Assembly: GCA_050084985.1 (NCBI GenBank)
Contig: JBITNC010000001.1
Span: 79,732,001 to 79,796,000, forward strand
From: Nageia nagi
Taxonomy: Eukaryota; Plantae; Pinophyta
Direction: 5' to 3'
Length of the DNA: 64,000 nt
Shown: piece after piece, positions 38,232 through 52,310 of the stretch
Position numbering within the stretch: position 1 is the first letter of the stretch
Layout of the letters: the number at the start of each line of letters is the position of its first letter
Program-made: the position numbers and the translations under genes
Notes under the pieces: generated by a model
The model's input: the letters and a program-made list of their open reading frames with translations, nothing else
What the model was told of the DNA's origin: nothing
The model's database searches: none

Positions 38232-39933
38232 ATAACCTATGGTCATCCAATGGTTTTATGCTTAATGGAATTTATGAAAATGATAAAGCCATATATGTTA
38301 TGTATAATTTGATTCATGAATGTGCAATATAGTAGTACATGTGGTGTGAAATAGGACCAACAAAGGAAAAATAAGCATATTAACTTTGATCTCCTTCTTG
38401 CATTCAAAGTTGGCTAGATGATCCTCATGATCCTTCCATTATTGACAAAACTAAGGAAAATCTTGATGAAAAACCTACTATTGAGGATCCTCCACCAACT
38501 TCCATCATGCATAAATGGGCACATATCATTATTGTTGAGGAAGCTCCTATCATTCAGAATCTTCCACATTTTGAATATGTTCATGCACATTTTATAAGTA
38601 TTGTCCTTATTTATTAGTCAATTACAAGTGATCCATGATCTTTCACTAGATCATGGGATATAGGAGTGGGATGATGTAATGGCAATTGAGTATTCTTCCT
38701 TGATAAAGAATCATACTTGGGATCTTATTCCTCTTCCTAAGGGAAAATATTTGGTTCTTTGTAAGTGGGTTTAGCAAAACAAATATGCAACAAATGGGTC
38801 CATAAAAAAGTACAAAGCACATATTGTGGCTAAGGGTTTTTCACAAATTGAGGTATTGATTACACTCAAACCTTTCATCCTATTGCCAAGATGGATTCAA
38901 TTTGACTTGTACTTGCACTTATTGCATCACAAGGATGGTTTGTTTTTCAAATGGATGTCAAGAGTGCCTTCTTGCATATATATGTGTGTGTGTGTGTGTT
39001 TGTGTATTCTTCTCTTGCTTGTAGACTGCAGAGGTCACTCTATGGTCTCAAACAATCTCCTTGTGCTTGATATGAGAAGGATTCCTTTCTTCTCGCTACA
39101 AGATTTGTATAGTATCATTCAAATCCTACAATTCATATCCATAATTATTCTTTATGTTTATGATTTACTTATCATCGATAGCTCCACTACTCACATTGAG
39201 ATTGTTTGACACTCTCTCACAGAGATTTGATATGGAAAATATAGAATTGAATCGCTACTTGCTTGGATTATAAGTCAACCAAATATATTCGAAGATTTTT
39301 TATGTTAACAAAAGTATACAATGAATATTCTAAAACAATTTAGAATGGTTTAGTGTAAGTCATATCCTACACCATTTTAATCAAGGGCACATCACCTCTT
39401 TGTGATGCCACTTTGTATAGATAACTAGTGAGGAGTCATGTATTTTTCCCATACTTGCCTAACATTTCATATGTTGTTTGCTTTGTCTCTTAGTTTGCAC
39501 ATTCCCCTCATGATAGTCATTGACAAGTAGCCAAGAAGATTATTCAACATCCATGAGGCACTAATCACTTTGGTCTACACCAAACATCCTACATAGTTGG
39601 TAGGATACACTGATTCAAATTGGGTAGGTTTAGTCAATGATAGGCATTCCACCTTATGTTATGTTTTTTTTTTCTTATTTCTTCTCTAATTAGTTGGTCA
39701 TGCAAGAAGCTACAAGTTGGTCATCCACAAAGGAAAACTACAGGGTAGCAATCACAACCACTCAAGAGGCTCTTTGGCTTTATTAGTTATTAGCAAAGTT
39801 TTGTTTCTCCTAGGATCAATCTCTTATACTTCGATGTGATTACCAAAGTACAATCCATATTTATCGTAATTCTATTGAACATTAGTGCACTAAGAACATT
39901 GAGATTCATATGTATGTAATTCGACAACATATT

Positions 39934-42900
39934 TGCAAGCCTTTGATCTAAACTCCAAATTGACTAATGAAACTTTGACATTTACAATCTTATATAGAAC
40001 CATAGAAGTGGTTATTTAACTAAATCCTAGAATGTAGTAACTAACTAATGCTAAAAATAGCTTAACTTATAACAACTAATGATATTTGTTAATTTTACTC
40101 TAATATTATACAAATACCATAAAGATTATGGTTTAACATTCCCCCCTTAATCTGAAGGGGTATTTGTAAGTCTGAGAATCATTATGAGCTTTTCAAACTT
40201 CTCTCTTCCAAGCGCCTTGGTGAAGATGTCTACAATTTGTTCTTTAGTGGAATAATGTTTCACCCAAATTTTATTGACCTCTACATGATGTCGAATCAAA
40301 TGATACTTTGTATTGATGTGCTTTGTTCAATCATGAGACTTTGCATTCTTGGCCAATTTAATTATAGAGGTATTGTCAATTAAAAGTGAAGTGGGAAGCA
40401 ATTATCTCTTCTACAAATTTTCTAGTATTTTTTAGAGCAACAAAATTTCTTTTGTTGTCTCTGCAACAACCACATATTTGCCACTGTTGTGAAATCTTCT
40501 AGAACTAATTATTTTCGTGACCTCCAATCAATAGTTGTTGATTCAAGACTCATAAGATATCCTTAAGTTGAAACTTCATTCTCCTTATCACCAATAAAGC
40601 TTGAATCAGAATACCCAACCAATTTAAAGTCTCCTAACTTGGAATATTTTAGCACAAAATCTTGAGTTCCCTTTAAATATCGAAGAACTCTCTTTGTTGG
40701 TAGCCAATGACCTTTGCAAGTTGAGTGCATAAATCGAGAAAGAATTCCAACCATTAATGAAATGTTTGGTCTGGTAATAGTTGGATAAATGAGATTTTCT
40801 ATCAATTATCTATATTTAGTAGCATCCTCAAACTGATTTCCCTCAATTGATTTCAACTTCAAGTTCTACTCCATTGGAGTAGAGAGGGGATTACAATCTT
40901 CCATACCAAATATATTCAACAACTCTCCAATATACTTTCTTCATGAAATGAAAATGTACCTTGGTGTTTGATTTACTTTAACACCCAAGTAGTGGTGAAG
41001 AAGGCCTATGTCTATCATTTCATATCCTTTCCTCAATTCATGTTTCACAAATGCTATATATCTCTCATTGGTCGATGTTTTCAAAAGATCATCTACGTAC
41101 ACCATAAGATATACAACAATGTTGCCAAATTTCTTAATAAATAATGTTGCATCATCAAGGTCATAGTGTTTGAAATTTAATTTCAAAAGATTTTTAGTAA
41201 GCTTTTCAAACCATGTGCGAGGAGCTTGCTTCAACCATACAAAGACTTGACAAGCTTACATACCTTATGCTCTTGGCCTTTCATTGCAAATCCCTCTAGT
41301 TGTTTCATGTAAACATTCTCTTTCATAACAACATTCAGACAAGTTGTCTTAACGTCCATCTGATGAACCTTCCACACATGCTAAGCATCCATAGCCAATA
41401 AAGAACAAATGGTAGTCGTAGCCCATTTGGCTATAGGAGCATAAGTCTCATCATAGTCAATGCCTTCTCTTTGTGCAAACCCCTTTGCAACAAGCCTTGC
41501 TTTGTGTTTGTCAAGTGATCTGTTTGATTTATACTTATTTTAATAGCCCACTTGCATCTTATTGATTTTGGTTCCCTATGGAGGATCAACCAACTTCCAA
41601 GTTCCATTTTTGATGAGTGCATCATAGTCTTTCTTCGTGGCTTCTATCCAAGCATCATGAGAAATGGCTTCTTTGAATGAAGTTGGCTCAAAATCAACAT
41701 AATAATTCAATTCCATATGTAAAGAATATTTTAGATAATCAACAAAAATATATTAATTATTTTCATCACTTTAAATTGAATCTTCTATTGCTCCACTTTC
41801 TTGTCTTTTTCGGTAGGAACTTTGAGTTCCTATCTTCCCTATTTCATCATGATATACACTTTCAAATGTTCTTGAGGCTTACTTTGGAATCTTCTGTGAT
41901 GATTTTGGTTGATCACTTGGATGTGGTGGAGCTTCACTTCCAAAAAGACTCAACCGACCAATCCCTTCAATCACCTCATCCAACTAACTCTTAGGTACTG
42001 ACATTGATGAACTAGAAGAAACTGCTGGAAGGAGTACTTTTGGTGCTTGTTCTTCAGGAACAAGTGGTATAAATTCCAAATTTTGATACAAGATAGGAAT
42101 CTCCACCAAAAGATTTAGAATTTCATAACCAACTTCAAAATAGTGCTTTCCATGAGTAAACCAATCAAGATGATCAAGTTTTCGACCAACAACATTATCA
42201 TTCTTGAAAAATTCAAGAAAGATGATGTCTCTAGCAAAGAGAAACTTCTTGTTTACCTTGTCATAAACCTTGTATCCCTTGGTAGTGTCTGAATAGCCCA
42301 AGAAAATATACTTTTGACTCTGAGCTCCAAGCTTGTCATGTTGTTCCTTAGGAATGAGTGCATAACAGGAGGAACCAAACATACTGAGATGGTGTACCAA
42401 AGGAATACGACCAAACCACATTTCAAATGGAGTCTATCCTTAAGAGCATGAGAAGGGCATGTGTTTCTCAAATAAAGAACATAGTGAATTGCATCACCCC
42501 AAAACATTAACTTGACATTCTTGAAGAATATCATTGCACGGGCCATATTTAAGAGTGTTCTATTCAATCTATCTGCAACACCATTTTTGTTGTGGGTTAT
42601 AAGGAACAATGGTCTGATGTTTGATCCCATGTTGATGTAAATAAGATTTGAAGTCGTTTGAAGTATATTTGCCCCAAAAATTAACTTGACATTCTTGAAG
42701 AATATCATTGCATGGGCCATATTTAAGAGTGTTCTATTCAATATATCTGCAACACCATTTTGTTGTGGGTTATAAGGAACAATGGTCTGATGTTTGATCC
42801 CATGTTGATGTAAATAAGATTTGAAGTCATTTGAAGTATATTTGCCCTAAAACATTAACTTGACATTCTTGAAGAATATCATTGCATGGGCCATATTTAA

Positions 42901-44579
42901 GAGTGTTCTATTCAATCTATCTGCAACACCATTTTGTTGTAGGTTATAAGGAACAATGGTCTGATGTTTGATCCCATGTTGATGTAAATAAGATTTGAAG
43001 TTTTTGAAGTATATTTGCCCTAATACATTAACTTGACATTCTTGAAGAATATCATTGCATGGGCCATATTTAAGAGTGTTCCATTCAATCTATTTGCAAC
43101 ACCATTTTGTTGTGGTTTATAAGGAACAATGGTATGATGTTTGATCCCATGTTGATGTAAATAAGATTTGAAGTCGTTTGAAGTATATTTGCCCCCATTA
43201 TCAGAACGAAGAATACCTATACATGTACACAAGCTTCATTTTCAATACTAACATGAAACCCTTAAACATGGAAAAAGCTTCAGACTTATTTTTCAACAAA
43301 AAGACCCAAGATATCCTAGAGTAATCATTAAAGAATATCATAAGATATCTATTGCCAACTATAGAAGGAACATAAAATGGACCACACAAATTGGAATGAA
43401 CTCGTTCAAGTTTTCTACTTGCTCTCCATTGGGAATCTAAAAACAGTTGCTTGTGATGCTTTCCTAGGATACAAGTTTTATAAGGTGCAATGTTCCTAGG
43501 GATTGTAGCAAACTAGTAAAACCTCGTTTCTTCAACAAATGAAGGTCATCAAAATTAAGGTGCCCAAATCTAGCATGTATCAAAAGATTGGAGGGGTTTG
43601 TACCTTTTTTCATAATGGGCAAGGAATGAAAAATCCTTCAATCGAATAGAAGTGCCAATGAGCTTCAATAACTTTCCATTCTCCAGACCAAGCATAACGA
43701 CCTTTTTGTTAGAAGATCATCATATCTCCACCTTTTTGTTGAACATATGAATGGAATGTTCTTGTTGTTGAACTAGAACAAGGGAAAGCAAATTTCTCCA
43801 CAATTCTAGAAGATAAAGAACATTTTGAAGCACAAAATGTAGAAAACTTGGTAGTTTAAGCCTAATAGAACCAATTCCAAATGGCTTAATTGTGGATATA
43901 TTCTTAAAAATAGATTGCACCATCAATGTCTTCATTCAATTTCTCAAAGAAATCCCTTCTAAAATTCATGTGACATGTTGCTCCCATATCAAGCAACAAC
44001 ACATCTTCCCATGATGTGAATGAAAAATTCAGTATTTCATTGAGTCTAACATTATATTCAATTATAACAAAATGAGTGGATGCAGAGTTCTCACTCTGAT
44101 CACCATGTTGCTCTTTCTTTTCTTTGAATTCAATGGTTTTCTCCCATGGTATACGATAGGTAGCAGCTTCATGGCCCTTTCGTTCGCATCTAATGCCATA
44201 AAGATGGGACCAGTCACTTTTGTCACCACCACCACCTTGATTTTTACCTCCTACCTCAAAAATTTCGCCTACCACAACCTTTGTTGCTACTTTTTGTATG
44301 ATAAGAATCATAAGATGTATTCTTCCCTAATTAAGGAAATCCAAAGTGTCTGAAGAAGTTTCATGTGTCTTCTTTCCAAAATCTTTTTCGCTCTTTGCAA
44401 TCTTCTCTGATAAAGTGTCGAAGGTGAGAGAGCCTAATTGTCCACTTGCTTGCAAAGATTCAAGATAGTGGAGTATGTGGGATATAGGGCCTTGATTAAG
44501 GTTGCAAAAGCAATGTCAACGGTAATACCTGTAGCTCTATCTAATATTATACAAATACCATAAAGATTATGGTTTAACA
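39934..44579 (-). mobile_element. Nested Ty1/copia with an intact 205-bp 3' LTR and a mostly deleted 5' LTR
   Basis: TSD ATATT (39929-39933 and 44580-44584). LTR 39934-40138 followed by the PPT complement ttccccccttaa. 44540-44579 is identical to 40099-40138. Minus-strand protease LLDMGATCHM, integrase LRSDNGGKY, RT KQAPRTW / VYVDDL, RNase H VDIFTKAL. Confidence 0.93.
42497..43196. repeat. Four tandem copies of a ~174-bp integrase segment
   Basis: The marker 'ttgacattcttgaagaatatcattgc' recurs at 42512, 42686, 42860 and 43033. Confidence 0.95.
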
Positions 44580-46709
44580 ATATTCATGATGGAGTTCTTA
44601 GCTTGGAGTATCTTTCAACTTAGTAGTTGATTGTAGACATCTTTACGAAACCTTTTGCATCACCTGGCTACCTCGAGTTGCAAAACTTGCTTAAAGTGAT
44701 GAAAGTTGTCCTTAGGGGATAGTGATGAGGACATTTTCCCACACATCTTTCTTTCTTAGTCTTTCCCTTTTGACAAATGATTTTTGCCCACATGGTTTTT
44801 CATCATCTTTCCAAACAAACTTTCATGGATATATTGTACTTGAGTTCCTTATCAATTTCTCGATTCATATTTGTGAATATGTCGCTTATTTGATTTTGTT
44901 TGTTCACTACCTGCTAGTATCACGTAAAGCGGGGTGGGGAGTGTTAGAATATATTTGGCTTAAGTTCACTAAGATATTTTATTATTTTTTCACATGTGTG
45001 AGGATATTTCCTAAATAATTTGTTAAGGTTTGTTCTTATCCTAATTTCTTTGACAAGTTATGATCTAGTTGGCATCACCTCTTATTTTGTGCCCACATTG
45101 TTCATCCATGGCCTATTTAAGAAGGCTTCTCCATTGAATATTAAAGAAATAAAGTATGAGCCTCTTCTATCTTATGTCTTAATGTGATATTTTTCAACTA
45201 CTTTTGTCTGGCTTGGAATGTTATATTTGCCTTTGTGCTAACATTCTTTTCATAAACCAATATATGCATTATTTTCAATCACATGATCATGATACTATTA
45301 ATGTGATTACACATCTGAACACATTTTCAATAATATAAAAAATTGTACTTTTGCCCTTTGCTTTAAGAACTATTGAATTAAGCTATGGTGGATGCTCTTA
45401 GTTGTAATTGTTCTTTTCCATTGATTTGTTTTATGTATCAATGTTAATGTTGGCGTTTGAATCCAATCACATACTCTATGCCCTTGAAAATTGCTATCGT
45501 GTAGATCACTCTTTAAAAAATAAAGATGAAATCATTGGCTTTAATTTACCTATTTCTATTCTTCAAATAAATGAAAGATTAGTTTAGAGTTGGAGTCAAC
45601 TATCTTCAGAGGGTGTCTTTGACAAAATAGAATTTCTAATTATATTATGATCTATGGCACAATTAAAACATTAAGCATATCAATGTATACCAAGAAGGAC
45701 GATAGAAACATTGAAGATGAATGTGTCAAAATCATAAGTTGCAAAGTCAAAGCTGTTTTAAATCAACCATAAGAGAATGCATGAACATGTAAAGATAAAA
45801 ATGAAATGTTAAGGTTCAAGCCAAGAAGGATGATAAGTTACTAAAGAAAGTTTGAAACATCAAAATTTTAATAAGGTAAAGACAAGATAAATTAAAGATT
45901 ATTTAATAACTGCTTGATTCAAGTGGGAGACCAAGGATCAAGGTGAAAAGTTTAAGCACAATGAGCTTCGAGACCAACAAAAGGATGCCAAAAAGGACAA
46001 CCTACTCTTGTAGTTGAAGATATCTTTGGTAGAATTTTGTTTTGATTGTAATAATATTTTGTAATGAAAAACCTGGTTCCTAGTCGAATATTTATACCAT
46101 GATTGTAATAATATTGAATATTTTAGAATTTCAAAAATTATAGGTATTTACATTCAACTATTATGTAGAGATTTATGTGTTGTCATATGCTTTCCTTATG
46201 CATGTACATGCAAACCGAGTTACAGATCATTAAGTTAACACTGCAAACGATGGTTCTTTGGAATGAAGACCAAAGTATACTACAAATAGTTTTGTTAAAT
46301 ATTATTTTGTTCAAAGATTTTTTTACAAGTGTTGTCATATCACAAAAGTTAAAAGAACTTTCAAGGCCTTTACCATTAAAGGATCAATGGGGAAAAAATG
46401 ACACTCAGAATAAATTTGAATAAACCCTTCAATCAGTCCTAACCGCTCACGTTTTGCTAAAGAATAAAATGCTGTCATCATCAACCACGCAAATGATAGG
46501 TGATAAATTAACCACTTGAACTGTTGAAAAAAAACATCAATATTTAGCATGAATGACCATGTGTTCTAGGTAATTAATCAAGTCCAAAATATACATGACC
46601 CAATCCACTAAAAGTAGGATGGCAAAGTTAAGAGTATCATTCAGAAGCCCTCAAGGTGCTCATGCAACCCTTCTTTTGAGGTTTCAAATGACACAGAATC
46701 CCACTCAAA

Positions 46710-46730
46710 TCACTCTGGGTGTACAAAAAC
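46710..46730 (-). CDS. TRAPPC13: TRAPPC13 terminal coding exon (VFVHPE*)
   Basis: Acceptor tgcag at 46731-46735, then gtt ttt gta cac cca gag tga. In phase 0 it completes ...LPSIE|VFVHPE*, like the EIFVDxx* ending of plant TRAPPC13. Confidence 0.75.
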   Translation of the reverse strand, partial: VFVHPE

Positions 46731-48334
46731 CTGCATGCACACAAGTGTACCAATCAGCATGATTTGACTCCAAACAGTTCTATTTAGACAATAAAGTTGC
46801 AAATGTAAGATATTCAGATTATAATACCTTAGTTACCAGAAAGAGCACATTATTATCATACCATAAAATTACCAGAAAAAGAAAATGTTTTCTGTACTAA
46901 ACAAGTAGCTAAAGTGGTAATTGAATTAAGATTAAACACACAACTTCTCTATAATCATCAGACAAGCATTCTAGGACTGTTAAATTTACTTGATGCTTGT
47001 GCTGATAAATTAATGTTCAATTGCTTTAGTATATAATTAAGTTTAACCTGATTCTTGATGCATCTTAAAATATTATGTTTGGCATCCATGTTAAAATAGT
47101 TTTCTTATACTTGAAAAGGAATACGTATATTTACTGTTTGCAGTCCTATCTACTGAAACAGTTCATTGTCATTTTTTTTTGTTTCTTCATGCTTCGAAGA
47201 TTGTAGAAAAGGTGGCAAAGGCCAAACATACCAATAAGCTTTATCTAAGGATGAAATATGAGATACCAATGGAAAGTGAGATTCCCATTTTCCCAAGGCT
47301 CATATTTGGAAACTTAAATCTCTTAAGATAAAAAAAGAGCATGGAATGGACTAAATAGTAAATTTGACATGGCTAATGTACTATAAAAGTGTTTATTTCT
47401 AACAGATCATTTATCAATGTATGATTGGCTGAACCTTATCAATCCAATCCAAAACCATAAATTAGGACTCTTTCAACTACAACAGTATCTAACCAAATTT
47501 GATAAATTTGAGACTTGATAGTAGGGTGGTATCAACCCGCCAAGAGAAAATATAAACCTGTCAAGGAAAGGAAAACCTCTAGTACAACTTTCACATGACT
47601 CCTAGGCACTCTGGAGCCTGAAATATGATAAACTGGTGAATTAAAGGGTCAAAAGTTTTGGGAAGTCTCAAGTTCATCTAAAAGGAACCGGAAATGAAGA
47701 GACCTCTTCACAAGAGTGACCCCAAACAGTAAAGATTTTCCTTGCTTGCCATGCAATTTTGATGAATCCTCCACAAGCTATTCACTGCCTAAACCTTGTG
47801 TCAAGTGAATGGATTGGATGTATAAGTGTTGTGTGCATGTAATGGATCTTTCTTTAATTTATTAACATAGAAGATCAATCTATTGGTTGTCATATCATAT
47901 TTTCATGTGTATATGTCAGTGATGGAAAGTGATTCTGAGTTCATAGCTCCAGTGTACAGTAGGAACTTCTGATTATGTGAATCCTTTGTTAGCATACATG
48001 TCTATAGAAGATTAGAATTGTGATTTGCCCAAAATACAATGAGACGCATTCTAAGTTTCCAACCCTCTTATGTGTCTTTCACAGGTAATAGAATACAAGT
48101 ATTGCCAAACGTTCTCAGTGCTGGGACTTAATTGCCCATCAAAAGCTTATCAGCGAGAATTATGCATCCAATTTGCACATTAAAAGAAACATATTTGGTT
48201 TAACAGAACATTGGATGAGATAGGCCAGCACTAAAGCTTCACATCTGAAAGCCAAGAGCCAACAATATCCTGTGGTTGGAGGTAAAGTCCAAAATGCACT
48301 GTTGAAATTCTAGCAAGTGATAGAAAGAAAAATT

Positions 48335-51300
48335 ATATTAATGTCCTCGAGTGGCCAAAAGCGGTCAATGGGACTAGCATGTACAATCATGTTCAAATAA
48401 CTAACATCATCTAAAGAAAGCATGAAAAAAGAGACGTAGACCAACACCACTACGTGAAATTTCCTGACCCTTGAGAAGGGGGTACAAAAACTTATGCACC
48501 CAAAGGAAGATCATCTTGAGCCTCTTCGGAGGGAGAGTGTGGTGGCACTCTTTGCTCCGGAGAGGGGTCATGTACATCTCTGGTAGATGTGTCTGAGGTA
48601 CTTCTGCTAGAGGAGAAGGAAGTAATTTGTCGATCACTCGACAAATCTTGCATGATCTGAAGACATCTCCTAGTCCAACGTCGTGGCTGAAGGTACTCCT
48701 CTCGGTGTCTCCTACGGGCTCCCTCAAGGGAAGAAGCTCAAAAGAAGGATGTAATGCATCTATCTCTTGATGGCTACTAGGCTTGAACTAGAAGACGTCT
48801 CCATAGGAGGGAGGCCTCTCGAAAATAGAGAGCTAAGCAACGTTGATCGGGATACTGGAGGAATGTGGCCAATGAGTTGTGGGAGTCACATAAGAGGCAA
48901 TGGTAGCGACCTCGGATCTCATAATAGACCAAGCACCAAAAGATGAAGTGATCCTCTGAATCGATCTCAAGTGAGCGTCCCTGGCTAAGTGATAATTTGT
49001 CTCAACTCTCAACTAGTGTGAGCATATCCAAAACTGTCTGAGGGACATCCTCAGTCCAAGAGGGAGATGCAACTTGATGTATCCCGATCAAAGGATCAAA
49101 CCCCCATCTAACTAAAGGTAATGTTGGGCATAGTAATCCAACTAGGGCATCAACGGCTGAGGGGAGAAAACCCAAGTGGTCTAGCTGAAAGCCTTGTAGA
49201 TCACCTCTCGAATCGCTATCAAGGAGTTCGCTAAGGTCCAAGTCGAACCCATCAGTGGTGAAGGCAATCTATCAGGAGAAAACCCAAATCTCAAAAACAT
49301 CACAAAGACTTCAGAAAAACAACATCAGCGACAACCCTAGGTGGCCAAATCAATCGAGGAGTCCAAAGCTCTCGTAGGAAGCCTATTTGTATCACCCTCA
49401 CGATCAAATAGACTCTAGAGGCGACGAAGGAAGAAGACTATGAAAACAAGGGCCCATATCATAAGAGGCTAGTAGCCGAACTCCACAAACATGACAAGGT
49501 GTGGGACTGTCCTCTTACTCTAAATGAAGTGAGACAAAAAAGAGACCAATATCCTCTCTACCAAGGTCCAATTTGTTGCTCCAAGGCTGGAACCCCAAAT
49601 CTCAATCCTATATAGGGCTGCAAGAATGACTAGTGTCTTGAACAATTCTAACTTGGATAGAACGTCCAGAAAATGTAACTGGATGCCCTGCCTCTCAAGG
49701 GTGGATACTGCCGCATAACCTCGATGGACTCTAGGAGGAGGAGCTGCTCGCATGGAGAACCTGGGACCCAAGAAGAGCACTTCCAAGTAGGTGTAGGATG
49801 AGGTAGTCTCTATAGTGTGTCGTAGAAGGTGAGTTGGGTCTAGTCCAACATGGCTTTTGAAGCATTGAAGGTCACTACCTTAGTCTTGCTAAGGTTCACC
49901 ATCAGCTCCTGTCTAGCGTTGGAAATCGCTAAGGAATCTATTCGTCCTTAGAGACCCACAACTGAATGGGAAAGCAACACAATATCATCAACAAAAAGCA
50001 AGATAGACACCTAGCTGCCATAAAGAAGGCAACCAAATCCAGGATTTGTGGTCTCTAGGATGAAGGACTCCAACTCATCAATGTAAAGGCCAAATAGAGT
50101 CGAGGAGAGAGGGCAACCTTGCTTCACTCCAATCATACTAAGAATACTATTGGAGAAGCCATATGAAGTGCAAACACGACCAGAAAGAGTCTCATATAGA
50201 GTCAAAATAGCTACTAATCCAATCTCTGGCACCCCAAGTGCTGCAATCGGTCCATAAGTCTATGTTGGGGAACATTGTCGAAGGCCTTCCTGACTGAAGT
50301 CTACAAAACAACAAAATATTGGAGACTTTTAGGATCTAGCCTCCTCGATAATGGCTTGAAGAGTGAAAATGTGATCTGTGGTGTGATGATCTCTACGAAA
50401 CCTCGCCTGACCTACAACTCAAAACCCTCTTGCGTCGGCCACCTGTAAAATGTACTCTAGGACTATGGCATATAGGTTGGCCAAGGTGTGATCAATCATG
50501 ATCGTGTGATAGTTGCTCGTTCGTTGGGGTCATCGGATTTGAAGATGGGATGCATGATATTGATGGTCCAAGAAGAGGGAAAACCTGAGCAAATAACATT
50601 GTTGACGAGCATCGTGAGGAAGGGTGTGAATGGCATGTTTGAGGAATTCGGCTTTAAGGTTCTCAATGTCAAGGGCTTTTCAGGTATTAAGTCTCTAAAT
50701 GGCAAAACGAATGAGAAGGGGGGGAAAGAAGTCCAAGGAGAGAGGAAGGAAGACCTGAATGGGCAAGGTATGATCAACGACGATGTAAAGGCGAGAAGTG
50801 TAATTTTTCAAAACATGGAGAGGGATGGAACTCTAGAATCTGTTTTTTGGGTAAGAAGTAGCACCAGAAGGATTTAGGATTTGGAGTGGAGGGAGGAAAT
50901 TACCTCTTATCTCCTTTAGCATAAGAAATGATGTTTCTTAGTCCTAAGGAGACAACAATAGGTTCGGTGTAGGGTGATGGTGAAGGAAGATTGGGATCAA
51001 TGCAATGGCATGTCGGAGGCGACGGTGGGAATCCTTGCAATCAAAATCAAACCAGATGTTCATCAGACAATGACTTGGTCGATGGGAACAAAAGGTGAGG
51101 CTAATTTTGTGCGGGAAGGCTTGGAGGCCCGTTGATTGTAGGAGTCAGCTAGAAAAGATGCTTGATCCTCTACTGAGGGGAGTGAGGGTAAGCTAGGGAG
51201 CTTCTGCTGCAAAATACTATTGTAGAGGGGATGATGCTCAGTTTCAAAATGAATGGTTGTGTGAAGGGAGGGGTGGATGTGAAAGGGAGGGGGCGGTGAG

Positions 51301-52310
51301 AGGTGGTCTAACAAGGAGAAAGTGAGGTGTGCATGGTCTGCAAGCGGGAGTTGTGGGGTGACACAAAGGGAATTTACGTGCGAAACAAGTGAGGAACTGG
51401 AAAGGACGTAGTCCACAACACTAGAGCCTTTTGCATGAGGGAAGTAGGTGAAGTGTCGAGACTAGGGAACCGAGCAATGCCATTGAGAATCAATAGATCA
51501 TGGGTCTCCCTGAGCTCAAGAAGGAATTTGCCATAACCAAAGGGGGGTAAGGAATCAACAAAGTTCCTCCGAAGTAGAAGAGGATGATCAAGCATCTGAC
51601 ATGCAATAGATCAGAAGTGCTATCAAAATACTGCGTCTGCAAATTCCATGTTTTGTTGTTGAAGTCCCCTATCAGCAGAATCTCAAAATATTTGGAAACA
51701 GGTCAAGATATGGAGACTCTCCTGTGTACTAAATAGCATAGCTTGAAGCTGCAGGTGGGAAGCAACATCCCACAATGTGCACTCTCCTAAGGGGAGGAGT
51801 CTGTGCTAAAGAAATCCAGATGTAATGTGCATGTGTGTCAATACCCTCACTGCAAAACCCTAAGGCTACACTGCTTAACGCACAACCACTGAATCCTGTA
51901 CGGTCCGAAGTCCTGTAAGTAGAGATCCAGGTAAAACCTGAAAATGGGAGGAGCCCCTTAACAAAGCTCTCGTGTGTCTCAGAGAAGAGTATCAAATCCG
52001 ACTGATGAATGATGTCGTGAACTGAGTCGAAGAGAAGACCAAAGCATCTCATTACAGTTCCAGATAGATACTATAAGTGTTGAGAGCTCTGTAGGGTTCC
52101 CTAGTGGCCATCATTTGGAAGCAAAAGAAGAATCGGGGGGCCAAGATTTAGACCAACCCACAAGGGGAGAGTCTATAATCTATGTCCGACAATTTCAAAT
52201 GACAACCCATTTACCCACTTTCCTTACTTCCACGGCAGCCTTCTTGGCTGCAGCGAACTCCTAGGATTGCATGCAGATGAGATCCTCATCTATGAGGAGA
52301 GGCCACCATC
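48335..52310 (-). mobile_element. Non-L1 LINE (RTEX-like), 5'-truncated in ORF1, inside the last TRAPPC13 intron
   Basis: ORF1 tail IDEDL...GKWVVI (~52295-52200). APE: WNC, DLILFSETH, IGDFN, LLILNG, VDYVL, ADH. RT: GQARFRRDHHTTDHIFTL, CCFVDF..KAFD, GVKQGCPLSSTLFGLYID, LFVDD. C-terminus EDHFIFWCLVYYEIRGRYHCL. Confidence 0.85.

Larger units (their letters stand above)
38420..45243 (+). mobile_element. 5'-truncated, decayed Ty1/copia (RT, RNase H, PPT, 3' LTR 44942-45243), split by a nested Copia
   Basis: WDLIPLPKGK, VAKGFSQ, QMDVKSAFLH, LYGLKQSP, LYVYDL and ...IEIHMYVIRQHI (to 39933), resuming HDGVLSLEYLST...VDIFTKP at ~44585. PPT ggggtggggag, then LTR TGTTAG...CTAACA. Confidence 0.85.

Noticed and set aside
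46637-46729. Alternative longer frame for the terminal exon (FLYTQSDLSG...)
   Set aside because: The upstream exon ends in phase 0, and VFVHPE* fits the TRAPPC13 C-terminus.
50488-50877. 129-aa + strand ORF
   Set aside because: Antisense shadow of the LINE ORF2.
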